A DNA stretch of 64,000 nt from positions 373,736,001-373,800,000 of the forward strand of contig OZ024743.1 in NCBI GenBank assembly GCA_964016885.1, in the 5' to 3' direction. Within the stretch, counting starts at the first letter, position 1. Every line of letters begins with the position of its first letter. This document shows positions 1-12,020 of the stretch, piece by piece. This DNA comes from Eledone cirrhosa (lineage: Eukaryota). A program made the position numbers and the translations under genes. The notes under the pieces were generated by a model, which ran no database searches, had not been told where the DNA came from, and saw nothing but the letters and a program-made list of their open reading frames with translations.

Positions 1-2249
1 GGGAGGAGTTCCTCTTGTAGTGGACAGTGACGTTGGCTTGGGGAGGAGTTCCTCTTGTAGTGGACAGTGACGTTGGCTTGTGGAGGGCTTCATCTTGTAG
101 TGGACAGTGACGTTGGCATGGGGAGGAGTTCCTCTTGTAGTGGACAGTGACGTTGGCTTGGGGGGAGTTCCTCTTGTAGTGGACACTGACGTTGGCTTTG
201 GGAGGACTTCCTCTTGTAGTGGACAGTGACGTTGGCTTGTGGAGGGCTTCATCTTGTAGTGGACAGTGTCGTTGGCTTGGGGAGGAGTTCCTCTTGTAGT
301 GGACAGTGACGTTGGCTTGGGGAGGAGTTCCTCTTGTAGTGGACAGTGACGTTGGCTTGTGGAGAGCTTCATCTTGTAGTGGACAGTGACGTTGGCTTGG
401 GGAGGAGTTCCTCTTGTAGTGGACAGTGACGTTGGCTTGGGGAGGAGTTCCTCTTGTAGTGGACAGTGACGTTGGCTTGTGGAGGGCTTCATCTTGTAGT
501 GGACAGTGACGTTGGCTTGGGGAGGAGTTCCTCTTGTAGTGGACAGTGACGTTGGCTTGGGGGGAGTTCCTCTTGTAGTGGACACTGACGTTGGCTTTGG
601 GAGGACTTCCTCTTGTAGTGGACAGTGACGTTGGCTTGTGGAGGGCTTCATCTTGTAGTGGACCCTGTCGTTGGCTTGGGGAGGAGTTCCTCTTGTAGTG
701 GACAGTGACGTTGGCTTGGGGAGGAGTTCCTCTTGTAGTGGACAGTGACGTTGGCTTGGGGAGGACTTCCTCTTGTAGTGGACAGTGACGTTGGCTTGGG
801 GAGGAGTTCATCTTGTAGTGGACAGTGACGTTGGTTTGGGGAGACTTCCTCTTGTAGTGGACAGTGACGTTGGCTTGGGGAGGAGTTCATCTTGTAGTGG
901 ACAGTGACGTTGGCTTTTGGAGGGCTTCATCTTGTAGTGGACAGTGACGTTGGCTTGTGGAGGGCTTCATCTTGTAGTGGTCAGTGACGTTGGCTTGTGG
1001 AGGGCTTCATCTTGTAGTGGTCAGTGACGTTGGCTTGTGGAGGGCTTCATCTTGTAGTGGACAGTGACGTTAGCTTGGGGAGGAGTTCCTCTTGTAGTGG
1101 ACAGTGACGTTGGCTTGGGGAGGAGTTCCTCTTGTAGTGGACAGTGACGTTGGCTTGGGGAGGACTTCCTCTTGTAGTGGACAGTGACGTTGGCTTGGGG
1201 GGGAGTTCATCTTGTAGTGGACAGTGACGTTGGCTTGGGGAGGACTTTCTCTTGTAGTGGACAGTGACGTTGGCTTGGGGAGGAGTTCATCTTGTAGTGG
1301 ACAGTGACGTTGGCTTGGGAAGGACTCTCTCTTGTAGTGGACAGTGACGTTGGCTTGTGGAGGGCTTCATCTTGTAGTGGACAGTGACGTTGGCTTGGGC
1401 AGGACTTCCTCTTGTAGTGGACAGTGACGTTGGCTTGTGGAGGGCTTCATCTTGTAGTGGACAGTTACGTTGGCTTGTGGAGGGCTTCATCTTGTAGTGG
1501 ACAGTGACGTTGGCTTGGGGAGGACTTCCTCTTGTAGTGGACAGTGACGTTGGCTTGGGGAGGACTCCCTCTTGTAGTGGACAGTGACGTTGGCTTGTGG
1601 AGGGCTTCATCTTGTAGTGGACAGTGACGTTGGCTTGTGGAGGGCTTCATCTTGTAGTGGACAGTGACGTTGGCTTGTGAAGGGCTTCATATTGTAGTGC
1701 ACAGTGACGTTGGCTTGGGGAGGACTTCCTCTTGTAGTGGCCAGTGACGTTGGCTTGGGGAGGAGTTCCTCTTGTAGTGGACAGTGACGTTTGCTTGTGG
1801 AGGGCTTCATCTTGTAGTGGACAGTGACGTTGGCTTGTGGAGGGCTTCAACTTGTAGTGGACAGTGACGTTGGATTGAGGGGGGCTTCATCTTGCAGTGG
1901 ACAGTGACGTTGACTTGGGGACGAGTTCATCTTGTAGTGGACAGTGACGTTGGCTTGGGGAGGACTTCCTCTTGTCCTGGACCGTGACGTTGGCTTGGGG
2001 AGGACTTCCTCTTGTAGTGGAGAGCGACGTTGGCTTGTGGAGAGCTTCAAATTGTAGTGGACAGTGACGTTGGCTTGGGGAGGAGTTCCTCTTGTAGTGG
2101 ACAGTGACGTTGGCTTGTGGAGGGCTTCATCTTGTAGTCGACAGTGACGTTGGATTGAGGTGGGCTTCATCTTGCAGTGGACAGTGACGTTGGCTTGGGG
2201 AGGACTTCCTCTTGTCCTGGACCGTGACGCTGGCTTGGGGAGGACTTCC

Positions 2250-2450
2250 TCTTGTAGTGGACAGTGATGTTGGCTTGGGGAGGACTTCCTCTTGTAGTGG
2301 ACAGTGATGTTGGCTTGGGGAGGACTTCCTCTTGTAGTGGACAGTGATGTTGGCTTGGGGAGGACTTCCTCTTGTAGTGGACAGTGATGTTGGCTTGGGG
2401 AGGACTTCCTCTTGTAGTGGACAGTGATGTTGGCTTGGGGAGGACTTCCT
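2250..2450 (+). repeat. Five consecutive identical CpG-depleted monomers (TGATGT ... GGGGAGGACTTCC); copy at ~14850-15050
   Basis: ACAGTGATGT at 2261, 2301, 2341, 2381 and 2421. Confidence 0.9.
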
Positions 2451-2769
2451 CTTGTAGTGGACAGTGACGTTGGCTTGTGGAGGGCTTCATCTTGTAGTGG
2501 ACAGTGACGTTGGCTTGTGGAGGGCTTCATCTTGTAGTGGACAGTGACGTTGACTTGGGGAGGGCTTCATCTTGTAGTGGACAGTGACGTTGGTTTGGGG
2601 AGGAGTTCCTCTTGTAGTGGACAGTGCCGTTGGCTTGGGGAGGAGTTCATCTTGTAGTGGACAGTGATGTTGGCTTGGGGAGGACTTCCTCTTGTAGTAG
2701 ACAGCGACGTTGGCTTGGGGAGGACTTCCTCTTGTAGTGGACAGTGACGTTGGCTTGTGGAGGGCTTCA

Positions 2770-3170
2770 TCTTGTAGTGGACAGTGACGTTGACTTGGGG
2801 AGGGCTTCATCTTGTAGTGGACAGTGACGTTGGCTTGGGGAGGACTTCCTCTTGTAGTGGACAGTGACGTTGGCTTGGGGAGGAGTTCCTCTTGTAGTGG
2901 ACAGTGACGTTGGCTTGGGGAGGAGTTCCTCTTGTAGTGGACAGTGACGTTGGCTTGGGGAGGGCTTCATCTTGTAGTGGACAGTGACGTTGACTTGGGG
3001 AGGGCTTCATCTTGTAGTGGACAGTGACGTTGGCTTGGGGAGGACTTCCTCTTGTAGTGGACAGTGACGTTGGCTTGGGGAGGAGTTCCTCTTGTAGTGG
3101 ACAGTGACGTTGGCTTGGGGAGGAGTTCCTCTTGTAGTGGACAGTGACGTTGGCTTGGGGAGGGCTTCAT
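2770..3170 (+). repeat. 200-bp (5-monomer) tandem duplication; copy at ~15367-15767
   Basis: Identical ORF translations at 2767 and 2967; TGACTTGGGG at 2791 and 2991. Confidence 0.88.
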
Positions 3171-4249
3171 CTTGTAGTGGACAGTGACGTTGGCTTGTGA
3201 AGGGCTTCATATTGTAGTGGACAGTGACGTTGGCTTGGGGAGGGCTTCATCTTGTAGTGCACAGTGACGTTGGCTTGGGGAGGACTTCCTCTTGTAGTGG
3301 ACAGTGACGTTGGCTTGGGGAGGACTTCCTCTTGTAGTGGACAGTGACGTTGGCTTGGGGAGGGTTTCATCTTGTAGTGGACAGTGACGTTGGCTTGTGG
3401 AGGGCTTCATCTTGTAGTAGACAGTGACGTTGGCTTGGGGAGGAGTTCCTCTTGTAGTGGACAGTGACGTTGGCTTTTGGAGGAGTCCCTCTTGTAGTGG
3501 ACAGTGACGTTGGCTTGTGGAGGGCTTCATCTTGTAGTGGACAGTGACGTTGGATTGAGGTGGGCTTCATCTTGTAGTGGACAGTGACGTTGACTTGGGG
3601 AGGAGTTCATCTTGTAGTGGACAGTGACGTTGGCTTGGGGAGGACTTCCTCTTATCGTGGACAGTGACGTTGGCTTGGGGAGGACTTCCTCTTGTAGTGG
3701 ACAGCGACGTTGGCTTGTGGAGGGCTTCAACTTGTAGTGGACAGTGATGTTGGCTTGGGGAGGACTTCCTCTTGTAGTAGACAGCGACGTTGGCTTGGGC
3801 AGGAATTCCTCTTGTAGTGGACAGTGGCGTTGGCTTGGGGAGGAGTTCATCTTGTAGTGGACAGTGACGTTGGCTTGGGGTGGAGTTCCTCTTGTCGTGG
3901 ACACTGACGTTAGCTTGGGGAGGACTTCCTCTTGCAGTGGACAGTGACGTTGGCTTGGGGAGGAGTTCCTCTTGTAGTGGACAGTGACGTTGGCTTGGGG
4001 AGGAGTTCATCTTGTAGTGGACAGTGATGTTGGCTTGGGGAGGAGTTCATCTTGTAGTGGACAGTGACGTTGGCTTGGGGAGGAGTTCATCTTGTAGTGG
4101 ACAGTGATGTTGGCTTGTGGAGGGCTTCATCTTGTAGTGGACAGTGACGTTGGCTTGGGGAGGAGTTCATCTTGTAGTGGACAGTGACGTTGGCTTGGGG
4201 AGGAGTTCATCTTGTAGTGGACAGTGATGTTGGCTTGGGGAGGACTTCC

Positions 4250-5230
4250 TCTTGCAGTGGACAGTGACGTTGGCTTGGGCAGGAGTTCCTCTTGTAGTGG
4301 ACAGTGACGTTGGCTTGGGGAGGAGTTCCTGTTGTAGTGGACAGTGACGTTGGCTTGGGGAGGAGTTCATCTTGTAGTGGACAGTGACGTTGGCTTGTGG
4401 AGGGCTTCATCTTGTAGTGGACAGTGACGTTGGATTGTGGAGGGCTTCATCTTGTAGTGGACAGTGACGTTGGCTTGGGCAGGAGTTCCTCTTGTAGTGG
4501 ACAGTGACGTTGGCTTGGGGAGGAGTTCCTGTTGTAGTGGACAGTGACGTTGGCTTGGGAAGGACTTCCTCTTGTAGTGGACAGTGACGTTGGCTTGTGG
4601 AGGGCTTCATCTTGTAGTGGACAGTGACGTTGGATTGTGGAGGGCTTCATCTTGTAGTGGACAGTGACGTTGGCTTGGGCAGGAGTTCCTCTTGTAGTGG
4701 ACAGTGATGTTGGCTTGTGGAGGGCTTCATCTTGTAGTGGACAGAGACGTTGGATTGTGGAGGGCTTCATCTTGTAGTGGACAGTGACGTTGGCTTGGGC
4801 AGGAGTTCCTCTTGTAGTGGACAGTGACGTTGGCTTGGGGAGGAGTTCCTGTTGTAGTGGACAGTGACGTTGGCTTGGGAAGGACTTCCTCTTGTAGTGG
4901 ACAGTGACGTTGGCTTGTGGAGGGCTTCATCTTGTAGTGGACAGTGACGTTGGATTGTGGAGGGCTTCATCTTGTAGTGGACAGTGACGTTGGCTTGGGC
5001 AGGAGTTCCTCTTGTAGTGGACAGTGACGTTGGCTTGGGAAGGACTTCCTCTTGTAGTGGACAGTGACGTTGGCTTGTGGAGGGCTTCATCTTGTAGTGG
5101 ACAGTGACGTTGGATTGTGGAGGGCTTCATCTTGTAGTGGACAGTGACGTTGGCTTGGGCAGGAGTTCCTCTTGTAGTGGACAGTGACGTTGGCTTGGGG
5201 AGGAGTTCCTGTTGTAGTGGACAGTGACGT
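4250..5230 (+). repeat. Irregular 3-5-monomer micro higher-order repeats (GGATTGTGG / GGGCAGG / CCTGTTG / GGGAAGG monomers); copies at ~16.8-17.8 kb and ~24.1-25.1 kb
   Basis: TGGATTGTGG at 4431, 4631, 4751, 4951 and 5111 (spacings 200, 120, 200, 160), each followed by a GGGCAGGAG monomer. Confidence 0.85.
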
Positions 5231-5899
5231 TGGCTTGGGGAGGACTTCCTCTTGTAGTGGACAGCTACGTTGGCTTGGGGAGGAGTTCATCTTGTAGTGG
5301 ACAGTGACGTTGGCTTTTGGAGGGCTTCATCTTGTAGTGGACAGTGACGTTGGCTTGTGGAGGGCTTCATCTTGTAGTGGACAGTGACGTTGGCTTGGGG
5401 AGGACTTCCTCTTGTAGTGGACAGTGACGTTGGCTTGGGGAGGAGTTCCTCTTGTAGTGGACAGTGTCGTTGGCTTGGGGAGGGCTTCATCTTGTAGTGG
5501 ACAGTGTCGTTGGCTTGGGGAGGTGTTCCTTTTGTAGTGGACAGTGATGTTGGCTTGGGGAGGAGTTCCTCTTGTAGTGGACAGTGACGTTGGCTTGTGG
5601 AGGGCTTCATCTTGTAGTGGACAGTGACGTTGGAGTGAGGTGGGCTTCATCTTGTAGTGGACAGTGACGTTGGCTTGGGGAGGAGTTCCTCTTGTAGTGG
5701 ACAGTGACGTTGGCTTGGGGAAGACTTCCTCTTGTCGTGGACTGTGACGTTGGCTTGTGGAGGGCTTCAACTTGTAGTGGACAGTGACGTTGGCTTGGGG
5801 GAGGAGTTCCTCTTGTAGTGGACAGTGACGTTGGCTTGGGGTCGAGTTCCTCTTGTAGTGGACACTGACGTTGGCTTGGGGAGGACTTCCTCTTGTAGT

Positions 5900-8800
5900 G
5901 GACAGTGACGCTGGCTTGTGGACGAGTTCATCTTGTAGTGGACAGTGATGTTGGCTTGGGGAGGAGTTCATCTTGTAGTGGACAGTGACATTGGCTTGGG
6001 CAGGATTTCCTCTGGTAGTGGACAGTGACGTTGGCTTGGGGAGGAGTTCCTGTTGTAGTGGACAGTGACGTTGGCTTGTGGAGGGCTTCATATTGTAGTG
6101 GACAGTGACGTTGGCTTGGGCAGGAGTTCCTCTTGTAGTGAACAGTGACGTTGGCTTGGGCAGGAGTTCTTCTTGTAGTGGACAGTGACGTTGGCTTGGG
6201 GAGGACTCCCTCTTGTAGTGGACAGTGACGTTGGCTTGGGGAGGACATCCTCTTGTAGTGGACAGTGACGTTGGCTTGTGGAGGGCTTCATCTTGTAGTG
6301 GACAGTGACGTTGGCTTGTGGAGGGCTTTATCTTGTAGTGGACAGTTACGTTGGCTTGTGGAGGGCTTCATCTTGTAGTGGACAGTGACGTTGGCTTGTG
6401 GAGGGCTTCATCTTGTAGTGGACAGTTACGTTGGCTTGTGGAGGGCTTCATCTTGTAGTGGACAGTGACGTTGGCTTGTGGAGGGCTTTATCTTGTAGTG
6501 GACAGTTACGTTGGCTTGTGGAGGGCTTCATCTTGTAGTGGACAGTGACGTTGGCTTGTGGAGGGCTTCATCTTGTAGTGGACAGTTACGTTGGCTTGTG
6601 GAGGGCTTCATCTTGTAGTGGACAGTGACGTTGGCTTGTGGAGGGCTTTATCTTGTAGTGGACAGTGACGTTGGCTTGGGGCAGGAGTTCCTCTTGCAGT
6701 GGACAGTGAGGTTGGCTTGGGGAGGAGTTCCTCTTGTAGTGGACAGTGACGTTGGCTTGGGGAGGACTTCCTCTTGTAGTGGACAGTGACGTTGGCTTGT
6801 GGAGGGCTTCATCTTGTAGTGGACAGTGACGTTGGCTTGGGGCAGGAGTTCCTCTTGTAGTGGACAGTGATGTTGGCTTGGGGAGGAGTTCATCTTGTAG
6901 TGGACTGTGACGTTGGCTTGGGAAGGACTTCCTCTTGTAGTGGACAGTGATGTTGGCTTGGGGAGGAGTTCATCTTGTAGTGGACAGTGACGTTGGCTTG
7001 GGGAGGGCTTCATCTTGTAGTGGACTGTGACGTTGGCTTGGGAAGGACTTCCTCTTGTAGTGGACAGTGACGTTGGCTTGGGGAGGGCTTCATCTTGTAG
7101 TGGACAGTGACGTTGGCTTGTGGAGGGCTTCATCTTGTAGTGGACAGTGACGTTGGCTTGGGGAGGACTCCCTCTTGTAGTGGACAGTGACGTTGGCTTG
7201 GGGAGGACTTCCTCTTGTAGTGGACAGTGACGTTGGCTTGGGGAGGACTTCCTCTTGTAGTGGACAGTGACGTTGGCTTGGGGAGGGATTCATCTTGTAG
7301 TGGACAGTGACGTTGGCTTGTGGAGGGCTTCATCTTGTAGTGGACAGTGACGTTGGCTTGTGGAGGGCTTAAATTTGTAGTGGACAGTGACGTTGGCTTG
7401 GGAAGGACTCCCTCTTGTAGTGGACAGTGACGTTGGCTTGGGGAGGACTTCCTCTTGTAGTGGACAGTGACGTTGGCTTGGGGAGGACTCCCTCTTGTAG
7501 TGGACAGTGACGTTGGCTTGGGGAGGCCTTCATCTTGTAGTGGACAGTGACGTTGGCTTGGGGAGGACTTCCTCTTGTAGTGGACAGTGACGTTGGCTTG
7601 GGGGGAGTTCCTCTTGTAGTAGACAGCGACGTTGGCTTGGGGAGGACTTCCTCTTGTAGTGGACAGTGACGTTGGCTTGGGGAGGACTTCCTCTTGTAGT
7701 GGACAGTGACGTTGGCTTGGGGAGGCCTTCATCTTGTAGTGGACAGTGACGTTGGCTTGGGGAGGATTCCCTCTTGTAGTGGACAGTGACGTTGGCTTGG
7801 GGAGGCCTTCATCTTGTAGTGGACAGTGACGTTGGCTTGGGGAGGACTTCCTCTTGTAGTGGACAGTGACGTTGGCTTGGGCAGGAGTTCATCTTGTAGT
7901 GGACAGCGACGTTGGCTTGTGGAGGGTTTCAACTTGTAGTGGACAGTGACGTTGGCTTGGGAAGGCATTCCTCTTGTAGTGGACAGTGACGTTGGGTTGG
8001 GGAGAAGTTCATCTTGTAGTGGACAGTGACGTTGGCTTGTGGAGGGCTTCATCTTGTAGTGGACAGTGACGTTGGCTTGGGGAGGACTTCCTCTTGTAGT
8101 GGACAGTGACGTTGGCTTTGGAAGGCATTCCTCTTGTAGTGGACAGTGACGTTGGCTTGGGGAGGACTTCCTCTTGTAGTGGACAGTGACGTTGGCTTGG
8201 GGAGGACTTCCTCATGTAGTGGACAGCGACGTTGGCTTGTGGAGGGCTTCAACTTGTAGTGAACAGTGATGTTGGCTTGGTGGAGGAGTTCCTCTTGTAG
8301 TGGACAGTGACGTTGGCCTGGGGAGGAGTTCCTCTTGTATTGGACACTGACGTTGGCTTGGGGAGGGCTTCTCTTGTAATGGACAGTGACGTTGGCTTGG
8401 GGAGGGCTTCATATCGTAGTGGACAGTGACGTTGGCTTGGGGAGGGCTTCATCTTGTAGTGGACAGTGATGTTGGCTTGGGGAGGACTTCCTCTTGTAGA
8501 GACAGTGACGTTGGCTTGGGGAGGAGTTCATCTTGTAGTGGACAGTGACGTTTGCTTGGGGAGGACTTCTCTTGTAATGGACAGTGACGTTGGCTTGGGG
8601 AGGGCTTCATCTTGTAGTGGACAGTGACGTTGGCTTGGGGAGGGCTTCATCTTGTAGTGGACAGTGATGTTGGCTTGGGGAGGACTTCCTCTTGTAGTAG
8701 ACAGTGACGTTGGCTTGGGGAGGAGTTCATCTTGTAGTGGACAGTGACGTTGGCTTGGGGAGGGCTTCCTCTTGTAGTGGACAGTTACGTTGGCTTGTGG

Positions 8801-11800
8801 AAGGCTTCATCTTGTAGTGGACAGTGATGTTGGCTTGGGGAGGAATTCCTCTTGTAGTAGACAGTGACGTTGGCTTGGGGAGGAGTTCATCTTGTAGTGG
8901 ACAGTGACGTTGGCTTGGGGAGGGCTTCCTCTTGTAGTGGACAGTGGCGTTGGCTTGGGGAGGACTTCCTCTTGTAGTGGACAGTGACGCTGGCTTGTGG
9001 ACGAGTTCATCTTGTAGTGGACAGTGATGTTGGCTTGGGGAGGAGTTCATCTTGTAGTGGACAGTGACATTGGCTTGGGCAGGAGTTCCTCTGGTAGTGG
9101 ACAGTGACGTTGGCTTGGGGAGGAGTTCCTGTTGTAGTGGACAGTGACGTTGGCTTGTGGAGGGCTTCATATTGTAGTGGACAGTGACGTTGGCTTGGGC
9201 AGGAGTTCCTCTTGTAGTGGACAGTGACGTTGGCTTGGGCAGGAGTTCTTCTTGTAGTGGACAGTGACGTTGGCTTGGGGAGGACTCCCTCTTGTAGTGG
9301 ACAGTGACGTTGGCTTGGGGAGGACATCCTCTTGTAGTGGACAGTGACGTTGGCTTGTGGAGGGCTTCATCTTGTAGTGGACAGTGACGTTGGCTTGTGG
9401 AGGGCTTTATCTTGTAGTGGACAGTTACGTTGGCTTGTGGAGGGCTTCATCTTGTAGTGGACAGTGACGTTGGCTTGTGGAGGGCTTCATCTTGTAGTGG
9501 ACAGTTACGTTGGCTTGTGGAGGGCTTCATCTTGTAGTGGACAGTGACGTTGGCTTGTGGAGGGCTTTATCTTGTAGTGGACAGTTACGTTGGCTTGTGG
9601 AGGGCTTCATCTTGTAGTGGACAGTGACGTTGGCTTGTGGAGGGCTTCATCTTGTAGTGGACAGTTACGTTGGCTTGTGGAGGGCTTCATCTTGTAGTGG
9701 ACAGTGACGTTGGCTTGTGGAGGGCTTTATCTTGTAGTGGACAGTGACGTTGGCTTGGGGCAGGAGTTCCTCTTGTAGTGGACAGTGAGGTTGGCTTGGG
9801 GAGGAGTTCCTCTTGTAGTGGACAGTGACGTTGGCTTGGGGAGGACTTCCTCTTGTAGTGGACAGTGACGTTGGCTTGTGGAGGGCTTCATCTTGTAGTG
9901 GACAGTGACGTTGGCTTGGGGCAGGAGTTCCTCTTGTAGTGGACAGTGATGTTGGCTTGGGGAGGAGTTCATCTTGTAGTGGACTGTGACGTTGGCTTGG
10001 GAAGGACTTCCTCTTGTAGTGGACAGTGATGTTGGCTTGGGGAGGAGTTCATCTTGTAGTGGACAGTGACGTTGGCTTGGGAAGGACTTCCTCTTGTAGT
10101 GGACAGTGACGTTGGCTTGGGGAGGGCTTCATCTTGTAGTGGACAGTGACGTTGGCTTGTGGAGGGCTTCATCTTGTAGTGGACAGTGACGTTGGCTTGG
10201 GGAGGACTCCCTCTTGTAGTGGACAGTGACGTTGGCTTGGGGAGGACTTCCTCTTGTAGTGGACAGTGACGTTGGCTTGGGGAGGACTTCCTCTTGTAGT
10301 GGACAGTGACGTTGGCTTGGGGAGGGATTCATCTTGTAGTGGACAGTGACGTTGGCTTGTGGAGGGCTTCATCTTGTAGTGGACAGTGACGTTGGCTTGT
10401 GGAGGGCTTAAATTTGTAGTGGACAGTGACGTTGGCTTGGGAAGGACTCCCTCTTGTAGTGGACAGTGACGTTGGCTTGGGGAGGACTTCCTCTTGTAGT
10501 GGACAGTGACGTTGGCTTGGGGAGGACTCCCTCTTGTAGTGGACAGTGACGTTGGCTTGGGGAGGCCTTCATCTTGTAGTGGACAGTGACGTTGGCTTGG
10601 GGAGGACTTCCTCTTGTAGTGGACAGTGACGTTGGCTTGGGGGGAGTTCCTCTTGTAGTAGACAGCGACGTTGGCTTGGGGAGGACTTCCTCTTGTAGTG
10701 GACAGTGACGTTGGCTTGGGGAGGACTTCCTCTTGTAGTGGACAGTGACGTTGGCTTGGGGAGGCCTTCATCTTGTAGTGGACAGTGACGTTGGCTTGGG
10801 GAGGATTCCCTCTTGTAGTGGACAGTGACGTTGGCTTGGGGAGGCCTTCATCTTGTAGTGGACAGTGACGTTGGCTTGGGGAGGACTTCCTCTTGTAGTG
10901 GACAGTGACGTTGGCTTGGGCAGGAGTTCATCTTGTAGTGGACAGCGACGTTGGCTTGTGGAGGGTTTCAACTTGTAGTGGACAGTGACGTTGGCTTGGG
11001 AAGGCATTCCTCTTGTAGTGGACAGTGACGTTGGGTTGGGGAGAAGTTCATCTTGTAGTGGACAGTGACGTTGGCTTGTGGAGGGCTTCATCTTGTAGTG
11101 GACAGTGACGTTGGCTTGGGGAGGACTTCCTCTTGTAGTGGACAGTGACGTTGGCTTTGGAAGGCATTCCTCTTGTAGTGGACAGTGACGTTGGCTTGGG
11201 GAGGACTTCCTCTTGTAGTGGACAGTGACGTTGGCTTGGGGAGGACTTCCTCATGTAGTGGACAGCGACGTTGGCTTGTGGAGGGCTTCAACTTGTAGTG
11301 AACAGTGATGTTGGCTTGGTGGAGGAGTTCCTCTTGTAGTGGACAGTGACGTTGGCCTGGGGAGGAGTTCCTCTTGTATTGGACACTGACGTTGGCTTGG
11401 GGAGGGCTTCTCTTGTAATGGACAGTGACGTTGGCTTGGGGAGGGCTTCATATCGTAGTGGACAGTGACGTTGGCTTGGGGAGGGCTTCATCTTGTAGTG
11501 GACAGTGATGTTGGCTTGGGGAGGACTTCCTCTTGTAGAGACAGTGACGTTGGCTTGGGGAGGAGTTCATCTTGTAGTGGACAGTGACGTTTGCTTGGGG
11601 AGGACTTCTCTTGTAATGGACAGTGACGTTGGCTTGGGGAGGGCTTCATCTTGTAGTGGACAGTGACGTTAGCTTGGGGAGGGCTTCATCTTGTAGTGGA
11701 CAGTGATGTTGGCTTGGGGAGGACTTCCTCTTGTAGTAGACAGTGACGTTGGCTTGGGGAGGAGTTCATCTTGTAGTGGACAGTGACGTTGGCTTGGGGA

Positions 11801-12020
11801 GGGCTTCCTCTTGTAGTGGACAGTTACGTTGGCTTGTGGAAGGCTTCATCTTGTAGTGGACAGTGATGTTGGCTTGGGGAGGAATTCCTCTTGTAGTAGA
11901 CAGTGACGTTGGCTTGGGGAGGAGTTCATCTTGTAGTGGACAGTGACGTTGGCTTGGGGAGGGCTTCCTCTTGTAGTGGACAGTGGCGTTGGCTTGGGGA
12001 GGACTTCCTCTTGTAGTGGA
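5900..12020 (+). repeat. ~3.08-kb (76-77 monomer) tandem higher-order repeat, two copies; repeated again at ~18460-24100 (second copy truncated) and ~25740-31860
   Basis: ORF offsets 3079 (5928>9007, 6648>9727) and 3039 (7729>10768, 8727>11766). Shared markers include CTCTGGTAG, GGGCTTAAATTTG, GGCATTCC, CTCATGTAG and TATCGTAG. Confidence 0.92.
6270..6650 (+). repeat. Homogeneous run of TGGAGGGCTT[C/T]A-type monomers with nested 2-mer and 4-mer periodicity (also ~9350, ~18830, ~21870, ~26110, ~29150)
   Basis: GACAGTTACG at 6341, 6421, 6501 and 6581 (80-bp period); GAGGGCTTTA at 6321, 6481 and 6641 (160-bp period). Confidence 0.9.
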
